IMG/VR virus record: IMGVR_UViG_3300025120_000062
Span: 1-56,926 of that record
Source of the DNA: a virus
Lineage: Duplodnaviria; Caudoviricetes
Length of the DNA: 56,926 bases
Strand: one strand, 5' to 3'
Made by a program: the position numbers and the translations under genes. The stretch's first letter is position 1. Every line of letters starts with the position of its first letter. This document shows, one piece after another, positions 18,827 to 27,998 of this stretch. A model generated the notes under the pieces. It worked only from the letters and a program-made list of their open reading frames with translations, ran no database searches and was not told the DNA's origin.

Positions 18827-20407
18827 TTATCCTAATGCAATCGCTAATGCTGTGGGGTCTTCCAAGTTAGCTGCCATTAATGTTACTACTCTAGATAATG
18901 CGGCTTTTCTATTTGTACCACCTGCACCATCATCCACTACAATTAAATCAGATGTAGTTAAATCTGCTCCAATATCTGCACCACCATCAATATCAACTGC
19001 TGTTAAACTTACTTTGTTAGCTGTTGCTATTGTTGCTAATTTTGTATCTACTATTGCTGCTCCTGATGCCACACTTGCATTGACTACAGCATTTGCTGCT
19101 AACTCATCTGCTCCTACTGCATCATCTGCTAACATGGAATTAACAATACTTCCTGCACCTATAACAAAATCTAAAGTATTATCTGAATCATCATAAGTTA
19201 CTGCAATACCTGTTTCTGTGTTAGAACTAACCATTGCTCCTACAGTGTCAGAAATTGTTTCTGCAAGAGTTACTCCTGCTATTGTAATAGCATCTGCTTC
19301 CAATGTACCATCAATATCTGCATCACCAGAAACATCTAATGAACCTGCATCTAGTTCTCCACTAAGAGTAATATTTCTAAATCCTGATATATCTTTATCA
19401 GAATCTGCAATAACTGCCAACGAAGCAGATACTGTACCTGCTGTAATTCCGTCTAATAAATTTAACTCTGTAGCTGTTGAAGTTACTGCTACATCTTCAT
19501 TAATTTTAGGAGAGGTTAAAGTTTTATTTGTTAATGTATCAGTCGATACTAAAGATACTAATGTTGAACTAGCTCCTGCAGGTAACAACATAGTATTCGT
19601 AACACCTGCTGAATGAGGTTGTGCAATAACAGTTTGTCCATGTGAGTTAGATTCACAATTAAATACTATTGCTCCAGAATTTGTATTGCCTCGTACAACA
19701 ACTGTTCCTGTACCATTAGGTGCTAGGTCAATAGTTGCATTAGAAGTAGTAACAATATCTGAACCATTCATATCTAGATTACCACCTAGTTGTGGAGTAT
19801 CATCTTCTGAAATATTATTTAATGCACTAGATGTAGCTAATCCTGCTACAAGTACACTTCTTGAAACTTTTTTTAAACCTCCACCAGAGGCATCTACTGC
19901 TAATAAAGTATCTCCACTTGCAATAGTAGATATTGCTGATAAATCTGTAACTGCCACAGGATTAAAGTTTGTACCATCAGCAACAAGGATATGTCCTGAA
20001 GTATTTGTACCCATAACAATATCATCACCTGATATTGTTAAATCTCCTGTTACGGTTAAATTACGTCCAATTGTTACATCATTACTAGCATCTTCAAATA
20101 TTAATTTGCTTGCGGGAACTGTACAAAAAATATCTTTAGTTCCTGCAGCAAAGTCAACTGCACTATCACTATTAGAACTTGATATAACAGTCGTACGTGT
20201 AAGATCTGAACTATCACCATCTAATGTTCCAAGACCAACTTCAAACTCATTAGCAGTTTGATGAACAATTGCATAATATGTAGTATTAGAATTACCTACA
20301 CCTGAAGCAAAGGTTTCAAAACCAGTAACAGCACCACCAAGAGCAACTGCTCCTGTGCCTGTAGTTGTAGTAGTTTCTTTTACACGATCATTAATGACTA
20401 AAGCCAT
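18827..20407 (-). CDS. long tail fibre protein
   Basis: 526 aa; MALVINDRVKETTTTTGTG N-terminus; DDTPQLGGNLD, TLTNKTLTSP and TATELNLLDG fibre motifs; C-terminal ALAIALG. Confidence 0.7.
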   Translation of the reverse strand: MALVINDRVKETTTTTGTGAVALGGAVTGFETFASGVGNSNTTYYAIVHQTANEFEVGLGTLDGDSSDLTRTTVISSSNSDSAVDFAAGTKDIFCTVPASKLIFEDASNDVTIGRNLTVTGDLTISGDDIVMGTNTSGHILVADGTNFNPVAVTDLSAISTIASGDTLLAVDASGGGLKKVSRSVLVAGLATSSALNNISEDDTPQLGGNLDMNGSDIVTTSNATIDLAPNGTGTVVVRGNTNSGAIVFNCESNSHGQTVIAQPHSAGVTNTMLLPAGASSTLVSLVSTDTLTNKTLTSPKINEDVAVTSTATELNLLDGITAGTVSASLAVIADSDKDISGFRNITLSGELDAGSLDVSGDADIDGTLEADAITIAGVTLAETISDTVGAMVSSNTETGIAVTYDDSDNTLDFVIGAGSIVNSMLADDAVGADELAANAVVNASVASGAAIVDTKLATIATANKVSLTAVDIDGGADIGADLTTSDLIVVDDGAGGTNRKAALSRVVTLMAANLEDPTALAIALG

Positions 20408-20420
20408 TTAAATTTTTCTC

Positions 20421-20852
20421 CTATGCTAATCTTAATATAGCGTTACTTGCATCTGCAGTTGGAAACTGAATTGTAAATGTTCCGCTTGTAGATGTTTTGT
20501 CTCCACCAAAATCTAAAACAGCTACTGCTTTATTAGAATCAGAACTATTATAAATTAAAGCTCCTCTTGCAGTAATTGTTGCAGATGTAAATGATATATC
20601 AGCAAAATCACAAAGTGCTGTTGTACCTGATGTTGTGGGAGTTACACTTGTTAAAGTGCCTCCTCCAGAACTATACGTTCCTGAGTTTGATACTTCATTA
20701 CTTGTGCTAAATGCTGTTGTTGTGGCATCTAAAGAAGCTGAACTTGTGTAAAGCGCAATTTTGAAAGTGTCACCTGAGGTTGCAGTAAAATTATGCGTAC
20801 CCACAAGTAACTCTTGTTTAAAACTTGTGCAAACAGCTTGAGTTATCGACAT
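20421..20852 (-). CDS. structural (tail) protein
   Basis: 143 aa; FKQELL...FKIALYTSSA...ARGALIYN...VLDFGGDK pattern. Confidence 0.65.
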   Translation of the reverse strand: MSITQAVCTSFKQELLVGTHNFTATSGDTFKIALYTSSASLDATTTAFSTSNEVSNSGTYSSGGGTLTSVTPTTSGTTALCDFADISFTSATITARGALIYNSSDSNKAVAVLDFGGDKTSTSGTFTIQFPTADASNAILRLA

Positions 20853-20864
20853 TTTTTATCCTCC

Positions 20865-21548
20865 TTATGGACTTATTGATTTAATGGGGGTTCTTAAAGC
20901 CCCGTGCATATACTCATCTCGTCGGTGTCGTCCTTGTTGCTCCATAGCTAATTCTTGGACAGCCCTTTGATATGATTGTTCGTTTATTTGCAGCATTTCT
21001 GCTGGGCCCTTTAAATACTTAAAGGCTTCGGCAAGGCATCCGTACAACATAGCTGATTGAGCATTTGTGCTCAACCAAGTCTCAGTGTTTGTACTAGATA
21101 ATCTTGTTGGTAATCTAGTAATTCCTAATTCAACATTATAAGCAGAATCTGGAGTTGGTGCAACTACTAAAGAATTATGATCAAACCATGCCCAATACAC
21201 AGGTGTTCCTGTATCAGTTCTGTCAGGAGCATATTCAGTAATAAAACTAACATCTCTTTGTTCTAGAAAAGTTCTAATAGGAGTTCCTGAAGCAGGAAAA
21301 ATTTGCATAGTTCTAATAGTTCCTAAAGACTCGGGAGTAGGTATAATACCACCTGGTAAACTTAAAAAAGGATTACTAGATGCTAAATTAGCAGATTGAT
21401 TAGATTTAAATACATCTAGATCTACCTCTCTAAATAATCTGTTTTCTACATGTTCTATAAAGTCATTTGTTATTGTAGATGTTAATACATCTGTGCCTAC
21501 TTCTGTATAATCTAAAATTTGTTGTGTTAGTTCTGCATAAGTTGTCAT
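20865..21548 (-). CDS. head-tail adaptor/ring protein
   Basis: 227 aa; MTTYAEL, APTPDSAY and LYGCLAEA motifs. Confidence 0.6.
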   Translation of the reverse strand: MTTYAELTQQILDYTEVGTDVLTSTITNDFIEHVENRLFREVDLDVFKSNQSANLASSNPFLSLPGGIIPTPESLGTIRTMQIFPASGTPIRTFLEQRDVSFITEYAPDRTDTGTPVYWAWFDHNSLVVAPTPDSAYNVELGITRLPTRLSSTNTETWLSTNAQSAMLYGCLAEAFKYLKGPAEMLQINEQSYQRAVQELAMEQQGRHRRDEYMHGALRTPIKSISP

Positions 21549-21868
21549 GATATACTCACTGTTACGTTATTAACTTTCATTCGCATTTTAATTACATTGT
21601 TTGTCTGTGGAACCATACTATTATTATTTTCAAAAAACATTTTCTCTCCTACTAATACTTCTACAGGTTCTACTCTATCAGGACTAGCATCTTGTAAAGC
21701 CTCACCATCTGCTTTGTGTGTAGTAGGTTCTTCTTGAGGATGTTTAGCTTCAAACTCTGATTTGTGAACAAAAGAACCATTCCATTCCGTAATCATTTCT
21801 TTATAGGGAAACTCCATACCACTTCTATCAGAAATTGCTTTTGAATATTTACCACTTGCGTATGCCAT
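21545..21868 (-). CDS. conserved hypothetical virion-module protein
   Basis: 107 aa; AISDRSG...EWNG...EFEAKHPQ. Confidence 0.6.
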   Translation of the reverse strand: MAYASGKYSKAISDRSGMEFPYKEMITEWNGSFVHKSEFEAKHPQEEPTTHKADGEALQDASPDRVEPVEVLVGEKMFFENNNSMVPQTNNVIKMRMKVNNVTVSIS

Positions 21869-22533
21869 TACATAACCCCTATCTTAGGTACTATCTTTAT
21901 ACTAGAGCGAGTGCTATCTTCAGCAGAAGCTCTTTGCCATTCATCTTCATAAACTTGTTTTAATAATTGTATTCTATCTGGTGCTTTTTTCATTGCTATG
22001 TAATAAGACAGGCCTGCAACAAGACAAGGTAAAAACCTAAAAGGAACTTCTGCATTACCACTATAACTTCCTGCATCTTGTATTCTTGTTAATGCATAAT
22101 ATTTGAATGTGTCAGCTGCATCAGGTGTAGGATACAAATATAATTTTGGAGTAATAGATCTTTCCAAATAATATTGAGTTGAAACAGACTGTGTTGTTTT
22201 TTTAGATATATGTAAATACTCAGCACGACTTAATCTTTCTAATTGTTTATCAACAGCAGTATCGTCTGCTGTAAATAAAACTGCTGAAAGTATATCTACT
22301 AAATCTGTATCTAAATCATATGAAGTTGTGCCTGCTGTAAGAGTTTTTGTTCTTTGTTCTATAGTCCAAAGATTTAATCCTCTGTTCGCCCATTCAGCAA
22401 ATAAAAGATTTAAAGATCTTCTAGAAGTTTTTAAATCATAACCAGAACGCACTGAAAGACCACATCTTTCAAATGCTTCTGCAATGATCTCTTCTATACT
22501 TAGATCAAATGATGTTGTGCCAGAAGTAGCCAT
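21868..22533 (-). CDS. head-tail adaptor (P22 gp4-like / tail tubular A-like)
   Basis: 221 aa; EAFERCG...RRSLNLLFAEWANRGLNLW...YPTPD...PFRFLPCLVAGL. Confidence 0.65.
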   Translation of the reverse strand: MATSGTTSFDLSIEEIIAEAFERCGLSVRSGYDLKTSRRSLNLLFAEWANRGLNLWTIEQRTKTLTAGTTSYDLDTDLVDILSAVLFTADDTAVDKQLERLSRAEYLHISKKTTQSVSTQYYLERSITPKLYLYPTPDAADTFKYYALTRIQDAGSYSGNAEVPFRFLPCLVAGLSYYIAMKKAPDRIQLLKQVYEDEWQRASAEDSTRSSIKIVPKIGVM

Positions 22534-22539
22534 ATATTA

Positions 22540-22959
22540 TTAATAAATTTTTTGAAACTCTGCTATTATTGTGTACATATTTCCTGAATCAGCAGCTCCT
22601 GGTACTACAAGATTAACATCACTTTCATTGGTATTATTAGATTTATCAGCAGGTATTCCACCAAACTCTCTAAAATCCCAATATCCAGTTCCTGTTAAAC
22701 CTATTACAGGAATATCTCCATCATCATCTTCTTCATCTAAACGAGCATAAGAGTCTCCTCCATCTCCGCCTTGACATGAGAACCAAACTCTTAATAGTCC
22801 TAAATGTGCTACTGCAGTTCCATCTTGTCTAGCAGTTAATGCTGATACATCACCAAAAACTGTAGTGCCACCTGATCCATCTGATTGATTGACTATTTTA
22901 ATTACGACACGATTGTCGTTTTGTTGTAGGATTGTCGGTCCTGTTACTACGTCTGCCAT
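22540..22959 (-). CDS. hypothetical structural protein
   Basis: 139 aa; AGGAGG RBS; WDFREFGGIP. Confidence 0.6.
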   Translation of the reverse strand: MADVVTGPTILQQNDNRVVIKIVNQSDGSGGTTVFGDVSALTARQDGTAVAHLGLLRVWFSCQGGDGGDSYARLDEEDDDGDIPVIGLTGTGYWDFREFGGIPADKSNNTNESDVNLVVPGAADSGNMYTIIAEFQKIY

Positions 22960-22981
22960 GTTCCCTCCTTAATTAAGAACT

Positions 22982-22999
22982 GTGGGGCCGAAGCCCCAC
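22982..22999 (-). terminator. stable hairpin with cUUCGg tetraloop (terminator or processing site)
   Basis: GTGGGGC-TTCG-GCCCCAC directly after the stop of 23007..23636; weak U-tract. Confidence 0.6.
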
Positions 23000-23006
23000 T
23001 AATTTT

Positions 23007-23636
23007 TTAGTATACTGAATATTCTATTTCAAGTGTTCCACGAAAAGCAGTTAAAGCTGCATCAGCTGCTGCACCAGCACCTAAGTACAAGTGTTTACTT
23101 GCAATAGCTGCGGTAATGTTTGGTGTGAATACGTGAAAAAGACCAGCAGTAGCATCAAGGTCAATATCAACTTCTGTTACTGAATCAGTAGCAGAAATTC
23201 TTGGATTAAATGATGCAACACCTGCTCCTACAATTTCAGTTCCTGAAGATATAGCAGTATTAGTAGCTGTACCTGAAGTTGCAGATAATTGTAAGTTAGC
23301 TAGTGATTGAGCATCACTTGCTGCTGCAGTTGTAATACCAAGAACTACTTTATGAATAAAGAACTTACTTGCTGTTACTAAAGCATCTGGATGATCTGTG
23401 TTTAATTCACCTAGTTCTACTAGAACATCATTATCACCATAAGTAACTGATGCTGCATTTGTTGCAGATAAATCTATTGCGAATGTTTGTATTTTTCTGG
23501 TTCCTAGTGAAATAAGTTGTCCTGTTGAGTTTACAGAGAAACCAGTTTCTGTAATTGCTCCTGTATCATTAGCTTCATTAATTACATTAAATCCAGCTTT
23601 TGATCTTATTGGACCACTAAATGTTGAGTTTGCCAT
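23007..23636 (-). CDS. capsid-associated (decoration-like) structural protein
   Basis: 209 aa; MANSTFSGPIRS N-terminus; strong AAGGAGG RBS; directly downstream of the MCP. Confidence 0.6.
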   Translation of the reverse strand: MANSTFSGPIRSKAGFNVINEANDTGAITETGFSVNSTGQLISLGTRKIQTFAIDLSATNAASVTYGDNDVLVELGELNTDHPDALVTASKFFIHKVVLGITTAAASDAQSLANLQLSATSGTATNTAISSGTEIVGAGVASFNPRISATDSVTEVDIDLDATAGLFHVFTPNITAAIASKHLYLGAGAAADAALTAFRGTLEIEYSVY

Positions 23637-23643
23637 TTTAAAA

Positions 23644-23710
23644 CCTCCTTGGTTATATAGACCTTACCACATAGTCTCTATATCGTCTGCATAAGCAGTC
23701 TATGTAGTTA
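23644..23710 (-). ncRNA. pseudoknotted cis RNA element downstream of the Mu-gpT-like MCP (candidate Mu-gpT-DE-like motif)
   Basis: 9-bp stem 23700-23708/23666-23674; hairpin 23687-23698; crossing 7-bp stem 23677-23683/23655-23661 adjacent to the SD. Confidence 0.55.
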
Positions 23711-23749
23711 TTCTATTTATGTATACAGTTTTAAATGAGATTTGCAATA

Positions 23750-23778
23750 AGAATGGGCGTATTTATTACGCCCATTCT
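23750..23778 (-). terminator. hairpin terminator after the major capsid gene
   Basis: perfect 12-bp stem AGAATGGGCGTA/TACGCCCATTCT with a 5-nt loop, 10 bp after the MCP stop. Confidence 0.7.
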
Positions 23779-23788
23779 ATAAGTTTTG

Positions 23789-24697
23789 TTATGCTCCTGG
23801 TGAGCCGAAAATACCTCTAGGGTCTGAGAATCCAAATGAATATCTCTCTCTAGCTTTGTATCTTACGTTACCAGTATCAAAATCACCTTCCATTGAAGTT
23901 TTAATCGGTGAACGATTAAAATGCTTCAGACCGTTTGGTGCATCTGTCTTTAAGAAGAATGCGTCGGTATCAGTTAAGTAATGATTTATAACGTATCCGC
24001 CAGGGATCATTCCCATGTTACCGATAGCGTTAAGATCATTATCTGATGTGCCAACTCTTAATTGACTCTTCATAAGTCTTTCTGCAACAAACTGAAGATT
24101 GACCGGAATGATCATCTTAGTAGGTTTTACTGCTACTTTTAAACCACGATTGTCAATAAAGCCTGCGATGTCAATTAATGACTGCTCTAATGATGTTTCG
24201 TTTAAATCAGCAGATGTTGATAGTTCGTTAGCGTAGTTACCACCTGACACTGTTAAGTGTGCAGTTGAACAAAGTTCAACACCGTCACCGCCTGTGAAAG
24301 AAGAGTTAAAAGCATTGTTTAAAATGTTTGCACCCTTAATTTCTTTAGCGTTAGACATTGAACGTGCTAGAGCTTTTGTGTATCTAGAGCTAAGGCTATC
24401 GTAAAGGTTATCCTCTACTGCTTCCTCAGTGATCGCAAATGCTAAAGCAATTGTTTCATGTGTGTAGCGACTAGTGTGAGCTTCTGTAGCATCGTCAAAT
24501 TGTACGCCTGCTCCTTCAGCTTTCACTGGTGCTGAACCGAACCCAGATAATTCGACTTCTTCTTCAAAAGCTCTGTCTGAACTTTCGACATCAAATATCT
24601 GTGCCCATTCCTGCTCGTATCTTGCATATTCTAGACCGAATAATGCATTAAGACCAGGTTCCAACTCTTTGACAAGTTGACTTCTTGATATAGCCAT
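23789..24697 (-). CDS. major capsid protein (Mu gpT-like family)
   Basis: 302 aa; MAISRSQLVKELEPGLNALFG...DFDTGNVRYKARERYSFGFSDPRG; follows scaffold and cement genes. Confidence 0.85.
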   Translation of the reverse strand: MAISRSQLVKELEPGLNALFGLEYARYEQEWAQIFDVESSDRAFEEEVELSGFGSAPVKAEGAGVQFDDATEAHTSRYTHETIALAFAITEEAVEDNLYDSLSSRYTKALARSMSNAKEIKGANILNNAFNSSFTGGDGVELCSTAHLTVSGGNYANELSTSADLNETSLEQSLIDIAGFIDNRGLKVAVKPTKMIIPVNLQFVAERLMKSQLRVGTSDNDLNAIGNMGMIPGGYVINHYLTDTDAFFLKTDAPNGLKHFNRSPIKTSMEGDFDTGNVRYKARERYSFGFSDPRGIFGSPGA

Positions 24698-24713
24698 CTA
24701 TTAGTCCTTCCTA

Positions 24714-25298
24714 TTAGATACCAGCAGTATTAGCATAATGAAGACCTTCGTTAATTCTAACGAGATAGTTTCCATTTGCGCTTGCTGTGTCATTGTTTAC
24801 TTCAGTTGTACAAACATCTACGATTCTAAACTGTGCCGTAGCATTAGTAATGGTACTAGAGTCTAGCTCTTGCTTTGAACGTCCTGTTGCTGTGCTACCT
24901 GCGTGAGTAGATACTAAATCAGCATTAGAACCTCTATTGGCAGGCCATGAGGCTCCAATATTTGTGCTATCTTCTTGTGCTTCGTAGACCACGTTTGGGT
25001 CGTCTATTACAAAGGCTACTGCATCAGTTGCTACTGTGCTAGCAGGCCAGTGTTTTGAGAATGTAGGTTCTCCTGCGGAATTAGTAAAAAAACATCCGTT
25101 GAATACGCCTATTAAGTTAGTAGCTGCTGCTGCTCCAACGGTTACTGTACCGTCAGTGTGCAATTCAACTGCATCGCCTGTAAATATATTTGTATTATAT
25201 TCACTTGCAATTCCATAACTTGTTTGGCCACCATTAAATGCTGCTCCACCAATCATCTTTGCAGGTCTAAACCCGAAAGGGGCATCGTTATTTGCCAT
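24714..25298 (-). CDS. capsid cement/minor capsid protein
   Basis: 194 aa; MANNDAPFGFRP...GVFNGC...DDPNVVYE; immediately upstream of the MCP. Confidence 0.6.
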   Translation of the reverse strand: MANNDAPFGFRPAKMIGGAAFNGGQTSYGIASEYNTNIFTGDAVELHTDGTVTVGAAAATNLIGVFNGCFFTNSAGEPTFSKHWPASTVATDAVAFVIDDPNVVYEAQEDSTNIGASWPANRGSNADLVSTHAGSTATGRSKQELDSSTITNATAQFRIVDVCTTEVNNDTASANGNYLVRINEGLHYANTAGI

Positions 25299-25373
25299 GG
25301 TTAAGTCCTCCTATAAAACCAGTTAGGTTTTTATTGTTGTTATAAGTTATAGTGATAGGAGGCATTTTAAGAA

Positions 25374-25844
25374 TTACTTCTTATTTCCTCTACCACCACC
25401 AAAAGTAACCCTACTATTCCTTTCAGAAGAGATGGGCATACTTCGATGCTGCTCTTTAAAAAGATTATTATCAACAGCTTCTTCTTGAGTTTTTGTCTGT
25501 TCGGCAAAATACTCTGCTCTTGATTCAACAATCTCGTTAGGTATACGAGCAAGCACTAATCCACCTACACCTATAATTCCTGCATGCGAGCCATTATCAA
25601 TAGTTGGAGCGGCAAAGTCTGGGTATTCGTCAGCTCGAACTAGCTCAAAACCTTCTCTTAGTCTTGCGGCCATGTTCTTCCTGTCGTCTGTACCTAGAGT
25701 CTCTGCTCTAATCCACCTATGTTTAAATCCTGGCGGTGCTTCAGGCGCTTCTAAGCTTGATGGTGGGCGCCAAGGTTGATTTCTCTTTGTTTTTTCACGA
25801 GAATTATCAGTGCGTGAGGTCTTCTTGGTTGTATTATCTTCCAT
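25374..25844 (-). CDS. conserved head-module protein
   Basis: 156 aa; WRPPSSLEAP...HRWIR...LREGFELVR...GVGGLVLARIP. Confidence 0.65.
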   Translation of the reverse strand: MEDNTTKKTSRTDNSREKTKRNQPWRPPSSLEAPEAPPGFKHRWIRAETLGTDDRKNMAARLREGFELVRADEYPDFAAPTIDNGSHAGIIGVGGLVLARIPNEIVESRAEYFAEQTKTQEEAVDNNLFKEQHRSMPISSERNSRVTFGGGRGNKK

Positions 25845-25849
25845 TGCTA

Positions 25850-26731
25850 TTACTCCTTCACGTATTTAGCGTATTCTTCCAGAGGTACTCCAAGTCTTTT
25901 GGCGATATGAACTTGGCTCGGGGTTAGTCTAACTGTTTTGCGTCCAGATGATTGCGCTGTTGAGCGACCAGCAGATGCTACAGATTGAACGGGCTTTGTA
26001 GCGCCTGTGTTTTGAACCCCATCAAATTTATGGGGAAACTCTTTTCTCATCCTAGAATCAATCTCAGAATAGTAATCATCTGAGTTCGGATCAAAGCCTT
26101 CTTCAACTACTTTTTTATGGACACCAAAACTAGCATAAGTCATTGCTTCGTCTTGACCAAACCAAGTGTTTTTCTCGGCCCAGGCTTCTGCCTTAGGATC
26201 TTTACGTTTAAGAGGTTGTTCAACAGGTATTTCTTGTTGAATTTCCTCTTCTTTAGAAACTTTCCTAGCTTCAGTTGTAGCTAAAACCCTTTGATTGTCA
26301 ATAGCTAAGTTAGCGAGAGACGCCTGTGCTGACACTTGTGCTTCAACATCATTAGACTCAATTGCTCTTTGTAAGTCATCCTTGACTTTAGCTGTTTCAA
26401 TCTCTGTTCTAGCTTTATACTCATCAATATAGCTATCATCTATACTGTTTTTTTCAGCTTTTAACTTTTTGTTTTCTTCTGCAACACGCTTTGCGTATTT
26501 AAAAGAAGCTTCTTCTCGTCTTTCAGTCTCACGAAGTTTTCCTGTAAGTTTAGCTATTCTAGTTTTAACTTTATCACTATAATCTTCTAACTCACCTTCT
26601 TTGGCTTGTGGTTCTTGTATCTCTACTTCAGGCTTATCATCTTGTTTTACTTCAACATCAACGTTATCACCTTCTGTAGGAACATTAACTACAGGCTCTT
26701 CGAATGTCGTATTTATTGCTTGTTCAGGCAT
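25850..26731 (-). CDS. capsid scaffolding protein
   Basis: acidic coiled-coil; WAEKNTWFG; basic C-terminal LTPSQVHIAKRLGVPLEEYAK. Confidence 0.7.
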   Translation of the reverse strand: MPEQAINTTFEEPVVNVPTEGDNVDVEVKQDDKPEVEIQEPQAKEGELEDYSDKVKTRIAKLTGKLRETERREEASFKYAKRVAEENKKLKAEKNSIDDSYIDEYKARTEIETAKVKDDLQRAIESNDVEAQVSAQASLANLAIDNQRVLATTEARKVSKEEEIQQEIPVEQPLKRKDPKAEAWAEKNTWFGQDEAMTYASFGVHKKVVEEGFDPNSDDYYSEIDSRMRKEFPHKFDGVQNTGATKPVQSVASAGRSTAQSSGRKTVRLTPSQVHIAKRLGVPLEEYAKYVKE

Positions 26732-26743
26732 GGTTCCTCCATG

Positions 26744-27175
26744 TTAATATAAATGCAGTATATCCTCAGGATTACTGATTGTTGCTAAAATTTCGTCATC
26801 ATTTAAAATACGAATTTCTCCACCTTCAATTTGAAGACGAGAACCTGCATATCTACCAAAGATAACCCAGTCTTTCTCTTTACACCACGGACCTTCCGGG
26901 AATTTGTTTAAATCTTTATAAGCATCAGGACCCACTGCTAATACATAACCACATGTAGTAGTTACTGATTGCATTTCTACTGTTTGATCTGATAAAATAA
27001 TACCACCTTTAGATTTACCTGTACCTTTGTAAGGTAATATAATTATTCTCCAACCTGTTGGTTTAGGTAGCTTATCTTTTATATTTTCGGGATCTAATTG
27101 TTTTTGTTTGACTTCTTCAGTCGCACCTTTATCAAAGTTTAAAACTCTGTCAGGTATCTTTGTGCTCTTCGACAT
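26744..27175 (-). CDS. groES: co-chaperonin GroES-like protein
   Basis: PTGWRIII...KGGIIL...VLAVGP...VIFGRYAG...ILNDDEILA, the Cpn10 signature. Confidence 0.85.
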   Translation of the reverse strand: MSKSTKIPDRVLNFDKGATEEVKQKQLDPENIKDKLPKPTGWRIIILPYKGTGKSKGGIILSDQTVEMQSVTTTCGYVLAVGPDAYKDLNKFPEGPWCKEKDWVIFGRYAGSRLQIEGGEIRILNDDEILATISNPEDILHLY

Positions 27176-27362
27176 TTATTCTCCTTTTTTGCAAGAAATC
27201 TTGTGTTTCTTGTTCAATATAATCTAATGACTTTAACTGTCCTATTAGATTACTATAAGTATTATAGTCTTGAGCACCACCTGTCAAGATAACTTCGCTG
27301 ATATCTTGTCTCTTATTTCTAATGGTTTTGTTTATAAATTCTAATAATTCTATTGGATCCAT
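27150..27362 (-). CDS. hypothetical protein
   Basis: 70 aa helical ORF overlapping the groES start. Confidence 0.6.
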   Translation of the reverse strand: MDPIELLEFINKTIRNKRQDISEVILTGGAQDYNTYSNLIGQLKSLDYIEQETQDFLQKRRINVEEHKDT

Positions 27363-27365
27363 ATG

Positions 27366-27752
27366 TTACTTTTTAAATAATTTTGCAGCTCCTTGTGCAC
27401 CTTTTATTCCAAAACTTGCACTTATAGCAATGTATAATAAATTGTGGTAATACGATGGTAAATCCTGTAAGGCAACAAAGCCTTTATGAATGTGTTCTTG
27501 CCAAGGTGTGAATACTAGCACGGCAGGTAAAAGTAACACCACTAAACTTACCTCGTCTTTCCACGACCCTTTCATCTGATCTACTGCCGAAGCCTCCCAA
27601 GCAACTTTGCCTGCGATTTGATCTTCTTTTAACTTCTGAGTTGCTTTTATAGTTGTAAGTTTTAATTCTGTCTTAGCTTTTTTAGTTTCTATATATCCAC
27701 TGACGGCGTTGCTAGCAACGCCTATCAATGGCTTTAATAAAAGGGATAGCAT
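27366..27752 (-). CDS. holin-like membrane protein
   Basis: SWKDE followed by hydrophobic helices and a basic C-terminus. Confidence 0.55.
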   Translation of the reverse strand: MLSLLLKPLIGVASNAVSGYIETKKAKTELKLTTIKATQKLKEDQIAGKVAWEASAVDQMKGSWKDEVSLVVLLLPAVLVFTPWQEHIHKGFVALQDLPSYYHNLLYIAISASFGIKGAQGAAKLFKK

Positions 27753-27878
27753 TTAGCTAATAACTTTAGATAAAATAATTATAGCAACTACAGCAACCAC
27801 ACCAGCTTTAATCCAGTCTGACATACCCCAATCGTTCCATTCTTTTATCCATCCCCAAACATCTTTAAGTAGTTTCAT
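27753..27878 (-). CDS. small Trp-rich membrane peptide (41 aa)
   Basis: MKLLKDVWGWIKEWNDWGMSDWIKAGGVAVVAIIILSKVIS; GGAGG RBS; below the track cutoff. Confidence 0.65.
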   Translation of the reverse strand: MKLLKDVWGWIKEWNDWGMSDWIKAGVVAVVAIIILSKVIS

Positions 27879-27890
27879 ATTACTTCCTCC

Positions 27891-27998
27891 TTAGTGTTTA
27901 CAATTATTACAATTGCAATCTGTTATAGGGCATACACTATCATTTGCACAATGGCAATAGTGTTCACAATTTTTACAGTTACAATTTTCGTTTGACAT
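27891..27998 (-). CDS. Cys/His-rich metallothionein-like peptide (35 aa)
   Basis: MSNENCNCKNCEHYCHCANDSVCPITDCNCNNCKH; 9 Cys and 3 His; TAATG-coupled to the upstream gene. Confidence 0.65.
   Translation of the reverse strand: MSNENCNCKNCEHYCHCANDSVCPITDCNCNNCKH

Noticed and set aside
756-20261. Plus-strand ORFs opposite structural genes (e.g. 756..1196, 11225..11626, 18690..19196, 19686..20261)
   Set aside because: Antisense shadows of Gly/Ala/Thr-rich genes, with no RBS and no motifs.
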